Source of the DNA: Rhizomicrobium sp.
GTDB taxonomy: Bacteria; Pseudomonadota; Alphaproteobacteria; Micropepsales; Micropepsaceae
Assembly (NCBI GenBank): GCA_035502175.1
Contig: DATJUS010000041.1
Span: 2,936 to 66,935, forward strand
Length of the DNA stretch: 64,000 nt
Direction: 5' to 3'
Shown here: piece after piece, positions 48,942 through 58,967 of the stretch
Layout of the letters: each line of letters begins with the position of its first letter
How positions within the stretch are numbered: position 1 is the first letter of the stretch
Made by a program: the position numbers and the translations under genes
The notes under the pieces: model-generated
Seen by the model: only the letters and a program-made list of their open reading frames with translations
What the model was told of the DNA's origin: nothing
Database searches by the model: none

Positions 48942-49267
48942 ATTGGGGTCCCGAGATCTCATACTTCGTCGGCGGCGCGTTCCTTGCCAACGCCCTGCCC
49001 CATTTCATCAGCGGCATGATGGGTCGCGCTTTGCAATCGCCTTTTGCGAAGCCGCCGGGTCAGGGCTATTCGACATCGCTCATCAACGTGATCTGGGGTT
49101 TCGTGAATTTCGTCGTCGCTTACCTGCTTCTCGTCCGGATCGGCGATTTCGACATTCGCGATCCTGCCCACATCGGTGCCGCAGCTCTCGGCGCGCTTTT
49201 GATCGCGCTTCATCTCAGCCGCCATTTCGGCAAGTTCAACGGCGGCAATGCCGCGAAATTCTCTTGA
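48938..49267 (+). CDS. Small membrane protein
   Basis: ATGA coupling; NALPHFISG, three hydrophobic segments. Confidence 0.7.
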   Translation: MNWGPEISYFVGGAFLANALPHFISGMMGRALQSPFAKPPGQGYSTSLINVIWGFVNFVVAYLLLVRIGDFDIRDPAHIGAAALGALLIALHLSRHFGKFNGGNAAKFS

Positions 49268-50535
49268 GCGCGCTGCTCGGGACATTCCGCTCTCTACGAG
49301 TGTTCAATTACCGGCTCTGGGCCGCGGGCTCCGTCGTCTCCAATGTTGGAACGTGGATGCAACGCACCGCGCAGGACTGGCTGGTGCTGACGGAGCTCAC
49401 GCATCGAAACGCCACCGCCGTCGGCATCGTGATGGCATTGCAGTTCGGACCGCAGCTTCTGCTTCTGCCGTGGACAGGGTTCGCCGCGGATCACATGGAT
49501 CGACGCAGGCTCCTGCTCGCCACACAGGCAGGCATGGGTGCACTGGCGCTCATCCTCGGCGTCCTGACCGTCATGCGCGTCGTGCAGCTTTGGGAGGTTT
49601 ACGTCTTCGCCTTTCTCTTCGGCTGCGTCTCGGCCTTCGATGCGCCGGCGCGTCAGGTGTTCGTCAACGAGCTTGTCGGCGAAACCCATCTGTCGAACGC
49701 GGTGGGTCTGAACTCCACGTCGTTCAATGCCGGCCGCATGATCGGCCCTGCGGCGGCAGGCGTCACCATCGCGGCCATCGGAACAGGATGGGCGTTCATC
49801 CTGAACGGGTTATCCTTTGTGGCGGTTCTGACGTCGCTCACCTTCCTGCGGCTGCACGAACTTCACACGCAGGAACGCGCGGTGAAGAAACGCGGCGGCA
49901 TGGTCGAGGGCTTCCGCTATGTGTGGAATCGCGCGGATCTGCGCACGGCCTGCATCATGCTGTTCTTCATCGGCACGTTCGGCTTCAATTTCGCGATCTT
50001 CATTTCGACGATGGCGGTCAGCGTCTTTCACGCGGGCGCGAGCCAGTACGGCCTGCTCTCCTCGCTGATGGCGGTGGGCACGGTGTCCGGCGCACTGCTG
50101 GCGGCAGGACGCGAGAAAGCGACCTTCGCGCTTCTCTGCTACGGCGCGGCAGTGTTCGGCATCGGCTGCGCGCTGGCGGCAGTGATGCCGAATTACTGGC
50201 TGTTCGGCGGGATGCTGGTGATCTGCGGCATGGCGGCGCTCACCTTCGCCAATTCCAGCAACAGCCTCATGCAGCTTTCGACCGAGCCGGCGATGCGCGG
50301 CCGCGTAATGGCCATCCGGCTCGGCATCGCGCTTGGCGGAACGCCGATCGGCGCACCCATCGTGGGCTGGGTCGCCGACCATTTCGGACCGCGCTGGTCG
50401 ATCGGCGTGGCGGCAGCGTCCGGACTTATCGCAACAGCCATCGGCGTGCGCTATTTGATCGCGAGCGGCCGCGCGCAACCGGACATCGCCGGACATGCGA
50501 CGGAAATCTCCGCAAGCGGCGAAGTGATCCGCTGA
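49264..50535 (+). CDS. MFS transporter (DHA3/EntS-like)
   Basis: GSVVSNVGTWMQ, ADHMDRRRLL, FDAPARQ; TTG start overlapping the upstream stop. Confidence 0.92.
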   Translation: MSALLGTFRSLRVFNYRLWAAGSVVSNVGTWMQRTAQDWLVLTELTHRNATAVGIVMALQFGPQLLLLPWTGFAADHMDRRRLLLATQAGMGALALILGVLTVMRVVQLWEVYVFAFLFGCVSAFDAPARQVFVNELVGETHLSNAVGLNSTSFNAGRMIGPAAAGVTIAAIGTGWAFILNGLSFVAVLTSLTFLRLHELHTQERAVKKRGGMVEGFRYVWNRADLRTACIMLFFIGTFGFNFAIFISTMAVSVFHAGASQYGLLSSLMAVGTVSGALLAAGREKATFALLCYGAAVFGIGCALAAVMPNYWLFGGMLVICGMAALTFANSSNSLMQLSTEPAMRGRVMAIRLGIALGGTPIGAPIVGWVADHFGPRWSIGVAAASGLIATAIGVRYLIASGRAQPDIAGHATEISASGEVIR

Positions 50536-50588
50536 TCATCGAACTCCCTCTCCTTTGTGGGGAGAGAGAGTTCGCGCATTTCCGCTTG

Positions 50589-51842
50589 CTACTTCTTGGT
50601 AACGCTGAACACGACGCCGTTCGAGTTCGCGCCGCCTGAAGCCGTCATGCCGTAGAAGGCACGACCGCTCTTGACCAGACCGGCGGAATATCCTCCGCCA
50701 TCGCTGCCGGTGAAGGTGTGCAGTACCTTCGCTTTGCCCTTCGGCGTGATCTCATACACCGTGCCGCACTGGCATGTCGGGTCGCCGCCTTCGCTCGCCA
50801 CGCTGTAAAGATTCTTGCCGACGCGCAGCATATCGCCCTCCGGAGAGCTACCATCCTTGCCGCCCGTGAAGTTGTAAAGTGTGGTCAGAGTTCCGCCCGG
50901 CGTCAGTTTGAAGACCGTGCCGGCATCGTTCGCGCCGCCGTCAGCGGTGCTGCCGTAGACATTCCCGTCCTTGTCGATATCCAGCCCACCATAAAGAAAG
51001 CCGCCGTCCGTACCGCCGGTGAAGCTGTAGAGCGTACTGAACGTTCCATCCGCGGCGATCTTGAACACCGAGCCGTTGTCGTTCGCCCCGCCGAACGCGG
51101 TGACGCCGTAAAGATTGCCGTCCCTGTCGCGCACGACCCCATGTTCCGGAAATTCGCCATCGCTGCCGTTGAACGCGTGCAGAACGGTGAACTTTCCGTC
51201 GAAGCCATATTTGTAGACGGTGCCATCGGCATTGGCGCCGCCGAAGAGCGCCGTTCCATAGAGATTGCCTTGCTTGTCACGGACGAGATCGCCCCGCAGG
51301 AAGGAGCCGTCGGTGCTGCTGAAATCGTGCAGCACCTTGTACTTTCCCTTCGAATTGATCCTGAAAATTACGCCGTTGCCGCCGGCGCCGCCCGCGCTAC
51401 CGGTGCCATAGATCGTACCGTTCCCCAGCACAATCACACCGCCATCCGGTTCCGAGCCGTCGCTGCCGGCGAAAGCATGCAGGATCGTCTGCGTGCCGTC
51501 GGGCGCGAGCCGGAAAACAACGCCATCGTTGTGAGTCCCGCCGAAATCTGTGGTTCCATAGGTATTCCCGGCATCGTCGAGTGTGACGTTCGCGCCCGAA
51601 TCCGCACCGTCACTAGCGCCGCCGGCGAAATCGTGCAGGTCGGTGTAGGTCCCTTCCGCAGCGCTCAGACCTGAAGCGCCGCCTCTGCCAAGTGGCGCGG
51701 CCCGCGGATGGTTCCCTTCCAGCGCACGCGCGCGCTTCAAATCGAGACGCACACTGTTCGCACCGACAGCCGGGGACAAAGCCGCAATAGCAATCGCCGA
51801 ACCAAGAAGAGCACAACGAAACGCCGTGAAACCGTTACGCAT
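50589..51842 (-). CDS. Secreted seven-repeat beta-propeller (TIGR03803-type repeats)
   Basis: Signal peptide + seven LHxF..xDG..P...L..D..GNLYG...GG....GxVF repeats. Confidence 0.85.
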   Translation of the reverse strand: MRNGFTAFRCALLGSAIAIAALSPAVGANSVRLDLKRARALEGNHPRAAPLGRGGASGLSAAEGTYTDLHDFAGGASDGADSGANVTLDDAGNTYGTTDFGGTHNDGVVFRLAPDGTQTILHAFAGSDGSEPDGGVIVLGNGTIYGTGSAGGAGGNGVIFRINSKGKYKVLHDFSSTDGSFLRGDLVRDKQGNLYGTALFGGANADGTVYKYGFDGKFTVLHAFNGSDGEFPEHGVVRDRDGNLYGVTAFGGANDNGSVFKIAADGTFSTLYSFTGGTDGGFLYGGLDIDKDGNVYGSTADGGANDAGTVFKLTPGGTLTTLYNFTGGKDGSSPEGDMLRVGKNLYSVASEGGDPTCQCGTVYEITPKGKAKVLHTFTGSDGGGYSAGLVKSGRAFYGMTASGGANSNGVVFSVTKK

Positions 51843-51994
51843 CGAAACTCCTATCCTGCCTGTTGGGCATGCGAGCCCGGATGGACCCGCTGTTTGCCCA
51901 CGTGACAACGACGAAACATCGCCGGCTGCCATTGGTTTCGAGGCGCCACGTTTTTTCCGCGCCGCAGCGCAGCATCGGAACAATTTTCTGAAAA

Positions 51995-53299
51995 TCAGAT
52001 CCCGAACACGCGCGTGAAGATCGTGTCGACGTGTTTGAAATGGTATTCGAGGTCGAACAGCGCCTCCAGTTCCTTGGCGGACATCGCTTTCGTCACTTCG
52101 GGATCGGCCTTGAGCAGATCCAGCAGCGCGCCCTCGCCGTTCCAGGTGCGCATCGCGTTCTTCTGCACCAGACGATAGGAATCCTCGCGGCTGACACCTT
52201 TTTGCGTGAGCGCCAGCAGCACGCGCTGGCTGTGCACTAGGCCCTGCGTACGGTCGAGATTTTCCATCATGCGCTTGGGATAGACGACGAGCTTCTCGAC
52301 AACGCCGGCCATGCGCATGATTGCGAAGTCGAGCGTGATCGTCGCATCGGGCCCAATGTAGCGTTCGACCGAGGAGTGCGAGATATCGCGCTCATGCCAA
52401 AGCGCCACGTTTTCCATCGCCGGAATTGCGAAGGAGCGCACCATGCGCGCGAGACCCGTGACGTTTTCCGTCAGCACCGGATTGCGCTTGTGCGGCATCG
52501 CCGACGATCCCTTCTGGCCGGGCGAAAAATATTCCTCCGCTTCCAGAACCTCCGTGCGCTGTAAATGGCGGATTTCGGTGGCGAGGCGTTCGAGCGAACT
52601 GGCGACAACACCAAGCGCCGCAAAAAAAGCGGCGTGGCGGTCGCGTGGGATCACCTGCGTCGAAACCGGCTCGACGGTGAGCCCCATCTTCTTGGCGACA
52701 TGTTCCTCAACATAGGGATTGATATTGGCGAATGTGCCGATGGCGCCGGAAATCGCGCAGGTCGCAATCTCGTCGCGCGCCGTTACCAAACGCGCATGCG
52801 CACGCACGAACTCCGCATAGTAGCCGGCGAGCTTCACGCCGAACGTCGTGGGCTCGGCATGGATGCCGTGGCTGCGGCCGATGGTTGGCGTCAGCTTGTA
52901 TTCGAAGGCGCGCTTCTTCAGCGCCGCCAGTAGCGCATCGACATCGGCAATCAGGATATCGGCGGCGCGCTTCAATTGTACGGAAAGACACGTATCGAGC
53001 ACATCGGACGACGTCATGCCCTGATGCACGAAGCGCGCTTCCGGCCCGATGAATTCGCCGAGATGGGTGAGGAAGGCGATGACGTCGTGCTTGACCTCGC
53101 GCTCGATGGCGTCGATGGCATCGACGTCGAATTTCGCAGCGCCGCCCTTCTCCCAGATGATGCGCGCGGACTCCTTCGGAATGACGCCGAGTTCGGCGAG
53201 CGCGTCGGCGGCATGCGCCTCGATCTCGAACCAGATGCGGAATTTCGTCTCCGGCGACCAGATCGCCGTCATGTCGGGGCGGGAATAGCGGGGAATCAT
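51995..53299 (-). CDS. purB: Adenylosuccinate lyase
   Basis: MIPRYSR, GRSHGIHAEP, SSAMPHKRNP. Confidence 0.97.
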   Translation of the reverse strand: MIPRYSRPDMTAIWSPETKFRIWFEIEAHAADALAELGVIPKESARIIWEKGGAAKFDVDAIDAIEREVKHDVIAFLTHLGEFIGPEARFVHQGMTSSDVLDTCLSVQLKRAADILIADVDALLAALKKRAFEYKLTPTIGRSHGIHAEPTTFGVKLAGYYAEFVRAHARLVTARDEIATCAISGAIGTFANINPYVEEHVAKKMGLTVEPVSTQVIPRDRHAAFFAALGVVASSLERLATEIRHLQRTEVLEAEEYFSPGQKGSSAMPHKRNPVLTENVTGLARMVRSFAIPAMENVALWHERDISHSSVERYIGPDATITLDFAIMRMAGVVEKLVVYPKRMMENLDRTQGLVHSQRVLLALTQKGVSREDSYRLVQKNAMRTWNGEGALLDLLKADPEVTKAMSAKELEALFDLEYHFKHVDTIFTRVFGI

Positions 53300-53334
53300 C
53301 TAGGGAATCTGCCGGGGCTGCATTGCCGCCCCTT

Positions 53335-54915
53335 CTAGACCGCCCCCGGAGCCTGCGAAAGAGGCCGGATTGCCGCCGCTTCGACCAGCGCTTTTGTCGC
53401 GGATTCCTTGGGATTTGCGAGCAGATTGCGGATCTGCCCGCGCTCCACGACCCGGCCGCCTTCGAACACCATGGCCTCGTCCGCCAACGCTTGCGCCACG
53501 GCGAAATCGCTGGTGATGACGAGGAAGGCCGATTGCTGCTCAGCACGAAAATCCATCAGCAGATCGCAGGTCGTCGTCTGCGCCACGGCATCGAGCCCCC
53601 GCAGCGGTTCATCGACCACGACCAGAAGCGGCGCGGAGACAATCGCACGCGCGACCATCAGCCTGCGCCGGTCAAACGGCGAGAGAGACGCAACCGTGCG
53701 CCGTCCGTCATACGAGGCCAGACCCACACGCTTCAGCGCCGCGTCGCGGTAGCCGGCGGTCAGATCGCGTGAGAGCTGAAGATGGGCACGCAGCGGTTCA
53801 TCGACCGTGTCCCAGATCGTCATGCGCGGATCGAGTGCGTCGTCGTTGCTGGACACGAAGGCGACGCGGCGGCGCAGACGGGCAGTCATCGCTTCGGAGA
53901 GAAGGTTGAGGTCGACGGCATCGAACAGGATACGTCCCGGCTTGCGTTCAAGGCCCAGCACAGCGCGCATCAAGGCGCGGCGCCCGGAGCCATCCTCGCC
54001 GACCAGGGCCAGCGATGCACCACGCCGCAACTCGAAACTCAGCGCATCTTTCGCACGCACCGCTTTCTTCAGTGGTGTGTTCAGCCCAAGACCCTGCACC
54101 TGCAGCAGAGGCTCGCCGCGCGCCGACGATCTCTGCGGCTTGTCGACGACGGGCTGCGGCAGGGCCTTGAACAAGGCCTGCGTGTAGGCATGGGTTTGGC
54201 CGCCCAGGAGGTGCGCGGCGTCATTCTCTTCAACGATGCGGCCCTGACGCAGCACCAGCGTGCGTGCGCCGAGCCGCAGCGCAGATTGCGGTCCGCGTGC
54301 GGCATAGAGAATCGCGAAATTGAGCCGCTTCTGTTCCGCCAGCAACGCATCGGTCAACGTGTGCGCGACCGAGGGTGAAAGATCGAGAAACGGATGGTCG
54401 CAAAGCATCAACGCCGGCGCCGTGGCGCAGGCCGCGGCCAACAGCGCCCAGGTGAGCGAGACATCGTCAAGCCGTTCCGGCGGCGCGTCCAGCAACTCGA
54501 ACGACGGTGCACCAGCGAGGCGTGCGAGCGCGCCGCGGAATTCCGCGAGCGCCGCACCGCGCGGGCATTCAAGCTTCCGCGCGATCACGCGCGCAAGCTG
54601 CGAGACGGCGCTGATCCGCGGATTGAGCGGTCGCGACGCCGTGCCGGGAAGATAGGCGACGGTGAACGGCGGGCGCGGCTTGCGGGCGGCCTGCTTCGCA
54701 TCGCCTTCGTTGAAGCGGATCGTGCCGGAGAACTCGTCGCCCCGCGCCGAGAGCCCATCGAGGAAGCACAGCACAATATCCTTGCCGCTATCCGCATCGC
54801 CGAGCATGACCACGGTTTCGCCGGGATTGAGCGTCAGCGAGAAGCGGTCAAGCACGGGCAGCGCCGTGTCGGGCCGTACAACGCGCAGATCGTCGATCTC
54901 GAGCAGCGCGGTCAT
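53335..54915 (-). CDS. Fused double ABC ATPase (DppD/F-like) with degenerate catalytic motifs
   Basis: Two NBD folds with GRIVE motifs; Walker A GDADSGKD and GEDGSGRR; no LSGGQ, Q-loop or H-loop. Confidence 0.8.
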   Translation of the reverse strand: MTALLEIDDLRVVRPDTALPVLDRFSLTLNPGETVVMLGDADSGKDIVLCFLDGLSARGDEFSGTIRFNEGDAKQAARKPRPPFTVAYLPGTASRPLNPRISAVSQLARVIARKLECPRGAALAEFRGALARLAGAPSFELLDAPPERLDDVSLTWALLAAACATAPALMLCDHPFLDLSPSVAHTLTDALLAEQKRLNFAILYAARGPQSALRLGARTLVLRQGRIVEENDAAHLLGGQTHAYTQALFKALPQPVVDKPQRSSARGEPLLQVQGLGLNTPLKKAVRAKDALSFELRRGASLALVGEDGSGRRALMRAVLGLERKPGRILFDAVDLNLLSEAMTARLRRRVAFVSSNDDALDPRMTIWDTVDEPLRAHLQLSRDLTAGYRDAALKRVGLASYDGRRTVASLSPFDRRRLMVARAIVSAPLLVVVDEPLRGLDAVAQTTTCDLLMDFRAEQQSAFLVITSDFAVAQALADEAMVFEGGRVVERGQIRNLLANPKESATKALVEAAAIRPLSQAPGAV

Positions 54916-55715
54916 GCGCGTTCTCCTTCGTCGAGACCTGCGGCGAGGCGTGCGAGCAGAACGAGCACAAGAAGCGACAGCACAGGGAATGAAGCCGTCC
55001 ACCATGCCTGCACGTAGACCGGCTTTGCTGCCGCGATCATCAGACCGAAATCGCGGTGCGGCGGCACGGCGCCGAATCCCAGAAAGCTGACCGTCGAGAG
55101 AATGATCGTGACGGCAGCGAACGCACGCGCGGCGGTCACAAGAAGCGCGTCGCGGACTTCGTAAGCCAGATCGCGGCGCAGCAGCGCAGATGGTGCAATG
55201 CCGGTCGCGCGCGCATAGGCGGCGTGCGCGGAATTCGCGGACACGCGCGCGCGATCGAACACGCGTACGAACGCCAGCGGCGCCGCCGCGAGACCAGCGG
55301 CAGCCGCGGCATAATCGCGGTTGGTCAGACCGATCAGAAGGATCGCAAGAAGCAGCGAAGGAACCGCCGCGAACACGCCCATCGCCCAGCGCGTCGGCAG
55401 GCGTATCGGCGCCGGCAGGCGCGCGGCGACGAATCCGAACACGCTGCCGGCCGCAATCGCCAGGAACGCGGCCGGCAAGGCATGAATGACGGTGACGTTC
55501 AAGGCGTGCAGGGTCTCGCTCAGGATATCGCGCCCGAGCTGGTCGGTGCCGAACGGAAACAGCGAAGACGGCGGCGTCAGGATGGGCCCGACATGGCCCG
55601 CGCCCGCAGGCGCACGCGCGAGAAAATCACTGAGCACGACGGCGATCGCGACAAGGCCGAGGCCGGACCAGCCCACCGCGATCAGAAACTTCCGCAGCAG
55701 CGGAGCGGGACTCAT
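54912..55715 (-). CDS. DppC/OppC-like ABC permease, divergent
   Basis: FPFGTDQLGRDILSE; LSTVSFLGFG; diverged EAA loop; ATGA overlaps. Confidence 0.8.
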   Translation of the reverse strand: MSPAPLLRKFLIAVGWSGLGLVAIAVVLSDFLARAPAGAGHVGPILTPPSSLFPFGTDQLGRDILSETLHALNVTVIHALPAAFLAIAAGSVFGFVAARLPAPIRLPTRWAMGVFAAVPSLLLAILLIGLTNRDYAAAAAGLAAAPLAFVRVFDRARVSANSAHAAYARATGIAPSALLRRDLAYEVRDALLVTAARAFAAVTIILSTVSFLGFGAVPPHRDFGLMIAAAKPVYVQAWWTASFPVLSLLVLVLLARLAAGLDEGERA

Positions 55716-56593
55716 GCCGAACGTCCCACGCTGACAATCGCTTCGGAGACGAGCCGCCCGAAAAAATTCGCAAACAGCACGATCGATGCGAAGAAGAACA
55801 GGATGAGTGCCGCGACATTCCAATCATGCAGCGCCACCGATTTTACGAACAGGTCGGCCGCACCGGGACATTTGAACACCCATTCCGAAACCACGGCGGC
55901 GGACAGCAGGGCGGCGACGACTTCGCCAAAGCTCTGGAACAGGCCCGCGAACACCATCGGCGCCACATAAGCGCGGTCGATCTCCAGCGCCGAGAGGCCC
56001 AGGCGCCGCAATCCTTCGCGGAACGGTTCGCCTTGCGCTTCCGATGCGGAGCGGCGGAGCGCCACCTGGATGGCCGCCATGCCGGCAAGACCGACCGTCA
56101 GGGCGGGCATCATCACCAGACGCAGCGCGGACTGGTCGGGATGGAGAACCTGCTGCACCGGCGGGAATTCGCCGTTGCCGGGCGCCCAGCCAAGAAACTT
56201 CCTGGCGACGAAGGCGAGGGCAAGGCCGGCGCAAAAGACCGGCGCCGCTGAAACGACCTGGATGACGGGTGCGGTGGCGCGGCGCACCGGTGCTGAACTC
56301 AGCAGCAGCCCGAACGGGGCACCCAAAACGATCGCAAGCGCGAGGCCGAGAAAAATAAGGGTCAGGGTGACCGGTGCATGTGCCGCCAATTCCTGCGCCG
56401 CGTCCGCGCCACTGATCGCGCTGGCGCCAAAATCGAGGCGGAGGAATGCGAACAGCCGTGTCACGATCGCAGCAAGGTCCGCGATGAGACCGTGGCTACT
56501 GGACGTCAGCGACGCGATGGCCGCCGCCATCAATAGCGCCCCGAAAAGCCCGAGCACGAACCGCCCGCTCTCTCTCAGCGCAAACCGCCACAT
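55712..56593 (-). CDS. DppB/OppB-like ABC permease, divergent
   Basis: LDFGASAISG, PVTLTL, EWVFKCPG, DWNV. Confidence 0.75.
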   Translation of the reverse strand: MWRFALRESGRFVLGLFGALLMAAAIASLTSSSHGLIADLAAIVTRLFAFLRLDFGASAISGADAAQELAAHAPVTLTLIFLGLALAIVLGAPFGLLLSSAPVRRATAPVIQVVSAAPVFCAGLALAFVARKFLGWAPGNGEFPPVQQVLHPDQSALRLVMMPALTVGLAGMAAIQVALRRSASEAQGEPFREGLRRLGLSALEIDRAYVAPMVFAGLFQSFGEVVAALLSAAVVSEWVFKCPGAADLFVKSVALHDWNVAALILFFFASIVLFANFFGRLVSEAIVSVGRSA

Positions 56594-56659
56594 GTCTGCT
56601 TCCCCGCACGCCGGGCGCGACTATATCAGGCCCCGCCGCCGCACAGGCAACCCAAATAT

Positions 56660-57421
56660 TCAAAGCAATCCAAGGGATTTGAAACTGGCATGGCCACTGC
56701 GGCCGATCACGAGATGGTCGTGAACGGCGATGCCCAGCGGCTTGGACGCTGCCACGATATCGCGCGTCATTTCGATATCGGCGCGCGACGGCGTCGGATC
56801 GCCACTCGGATGGTTATGCGCCAGGATCAGCGCCGATGCTCCGAGTTCAAGCGCACGCTTGACGATCTCTCGGGGATAAACGGGCGTATGATCGATGGTG
56901 CCGGAGCCCTGAACCTCATCGGCGATGAGGATGTTCTTGCGGTCCAGAAACAGCACGCGGAATTCTTCGCGCTGCGCACGCGCCATCGCCGCTTTGCAGT
57001 AGTCGAGGAGCGCCTGCCACGAACTGAGCGCCGGCTTCCCGATCAGGCTGCTTTTCGACAACCGCAGCGCCGCAGCCTCGACGAGTTTTAGCTGAACGAC
57101 GACAGCGTCTCCGAGACCGTCGATCTCCAGCAGCCTTTCGCGCGGCGCGGCGATGACGTCTGCGAAACTTCCGAAGTGCGAAATCAGATGTTTCGCCAGC
57201 GGCTTCACATCGCGCCGCGGGATTCCCGCAAACAGGACCAGCTCCAGCATCTCGTAATCCGGCAACGCGTCGGCGCCACCCGTCACGAACCGTTCCCGCA
57301 ACCGTTCGCGGTGACCGGGTTGGACGCCCGTAGGCACATCTTCGAAGGCCTTATGGACGTCACTGACGCCGGCTGGCTTTGGGCGCGGCGCAACGCCGGT
57401 ACGGTTGGTCTTGGGTGGCAT
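56660..57421 (-). CDS. radC: RadC (JAB domain) family protein
   Basis: [35 protein letters not shown]. Confidence 0.95.
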   Translation of the reverse strand: MPPKTNRTGVAPRPKPAGVSDVHKAFEDVPTGVQPGHRERLRERFVTGGADALPDYEMLELVLFAGIPRRDVKPLAKHLISHFGSFADVIAAPRERLLEIDGLGDAVVVQLKLVEAAALRLSKSSLIGKPALSSWQALLDYCKAAMARAQREEFRVLFLDRKNILIADEVQGSGTIDHTPVYPREIVKRALELGASALILAHNHPSGDPTPSRADIEMTRDIVAASKPLGIAVHDHLVIGRSGHASFKSLGLL

Positions 57422-57437
57422 GCATCCACGAATTGTT

Positions 57438-57464
57438 TTTTCGCATACTATACTTATGCGAGAA
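57438..57464. promoter_or_regulatory. AT-rich inverted repeat upstream of radC, candidate operator
   Basis: TTTTCGCATA-N7-TATGCGAGAA (9/10); T-tract on the wrong side for a terminator. Confidence 0.45.
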
Positions 57465-57531
57465 TCGCTCCATGGCAACCGGCTGCGGGCCCAATCGAAT
57501 TAAAGGAATGCAATTCAGGGGGCCTTCGGTC

Positions 57532-58362
57532 TCAGACGTAAGGCTTGTCGAGCCCCTTGGGCGAGAGCGTGAAAATCTCCACGCCGGTCTCGGTGACGCC
57601 CACGGTATGTTCGAACTGCGCGGTCAAGGACCGGTCGCGCGTCACGGCGGTCCAGCCGTCGTTCAGAATCTTCACGCCGTAGCCGCCGAGATTGATCATC
57701 GGCTCGATGGTGAAGAACATGCCGGGCTTGAGCGCGATGCCGTGCCCCGCCTTGCCGTAATGGACGATGTTCGGCATCGCGTGGAACACCTTGCCGACGC
57801 CGTGGCCGCAGAAATCGCGCACGACGGAGCAGCGCTCCTCACCCTCGGCATAGGACTGGATCGCGTGTCCAATGTCGCCGGTGGTCGCGCCGGGCTTCAC
57901 TACGGCGATGCCGCGCATCATGCAGTCATAGGTGATGTCGACGAGGCGGCGGGCCTTCAGCTTCACATCGCCCACGAGATACATGCGCGAGGTATCGCCA
58001 TGATAGCCGTCGACAATCACGGTCACGTCGATATTGACGATATCGCCATCACGCAGCGACTTGTCGTTGGGGATCCCGTGACAGACGACGTGATTGATCG
58101 AGGTGCAGAGCGTGTGGCGATAGCCGCGATAGCCGAGACAGGCCGGCAGTGCGCCGTGGCTGACAACGTAGTCGTATGCGAGCTTGTCGAGATGCGCGGT
58201 CGTGACGCCAGGCTTCACTTCCGGCGCTAACAGGTCGAGTACCTCGGCCGCGAGCCGTCCGGCACGGCGCATGCCTTCGAAATCCTCCGGCCCGTGCAGG
58301 GCAATGGAGAAATGGGCTTTCCTAGTGGCTTCGAACGTATCGGCGTCGGCGAGGGACATCAT
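57532..58362 (-). CDS. map: Type I methionine aminopeptidase
   Basis: CHGIP, NIDVT, GHGVG, IEPMIN, AQFEHT. Confidence 0.97.
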   Translation of the reverse strand: MMSLADADTFEATRKAHFSIALHGPEDFEGMRRAGRLAAEVLDLLAPEVKPGVTTAHLDKLAYDYVVSHGALPACLGYRGYRHTLCTSINHVVCHGIPNDKSLRDGDIVNIDVTVIVDGYHGDTSRMYLVGDVKLKARRLVDITYDCMMRGIAVVKPGATTGDIGHAIQSYAEGEERCSVVRDFCGHGVGKVFHAMPNIVHYGKAGHGIALKPGMFFTIEPMINLGGYGVKILNDGWTAVTRDRSLTAQFEHTVGVTETGVEIFTLSPKGLDKPYV

Positions 58363-58434
58363 GGGACCGATATAGTCCCACGGTGAGATTTCTCAATCGT
58401 TTTCTCGGAACAGCCCGGAAAACGCAGGTTTTTC

Positions 58435-58875
58435 CTAGTCGCTGACGCCGACATGGTGGGTGTAGACCATCTCCCAGCCCTTCCAGCCGTTGAACACCAG
58501 CAGCAGGACCGCAACCAGCGACATCCAGACATAGTCGCTGGAGCCGGCAACGAAGCCTTCTTCATAACGCAGGAACCAATCCACGATCGATACGGCCGAC
58601 AGCAGGATATTCCCGCCGAGATGCCACCATGCGGCACTGAGATCGCGAATCCGGGGCTCGAGGATGAAATCCAGAAATCCGATCGTTGCAGCCAACGCGG
58701 ACATCACGATGCCTGATCCGATCAGCCAGATTGCGGCGCGGGCCCAGAACGGGTCGCCGGTCACTGCGAAGCCGACATCCGACAGGAACGCGCCGGTGTA
58801 GAAACCGATGACAAACGGCACCAGCGTCACATGGACGGGATGGCCGGCGATGGAAATTGTGGAGCGCGGATTCAT
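58435..58875 (-). CDS. DUF2231-like membrane protein
   Basis: GHPVHVTLVPF, AWWHLGGN, GWKGWEMVY. Confidence 0.8.
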   Translation of the reverse strand: MNPRSTISIAGHPVHVTLVPFVIGFYTGAFLSDVGFAVTGDPFWARAAIWLIGSGIVMSALAATIGFLDFILEPRIRDLSAAWWHLGGNILLSAVSIVDWFLRYEEGFVAGSSDYVWMSLVAVLLLVFNGWKGWEMVYTHHVGVSD

Positions 58876-58967
58876 GGCGGGCTGATGAAAACGGTGTTGG
58901 CGAATTTGAGAACGCGTCGCGCTGGCGCCCGTTCCGGGAAAAGCGAATTCGGTGTTAGAAAACGGAT

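Noticed and set aside
50589-51842. Repeat array or CRISPR
   Set aside because: The periodicity is degenerate protein-level propeller repeats with no identical DNA repeats or spacers; no cas genes in the window
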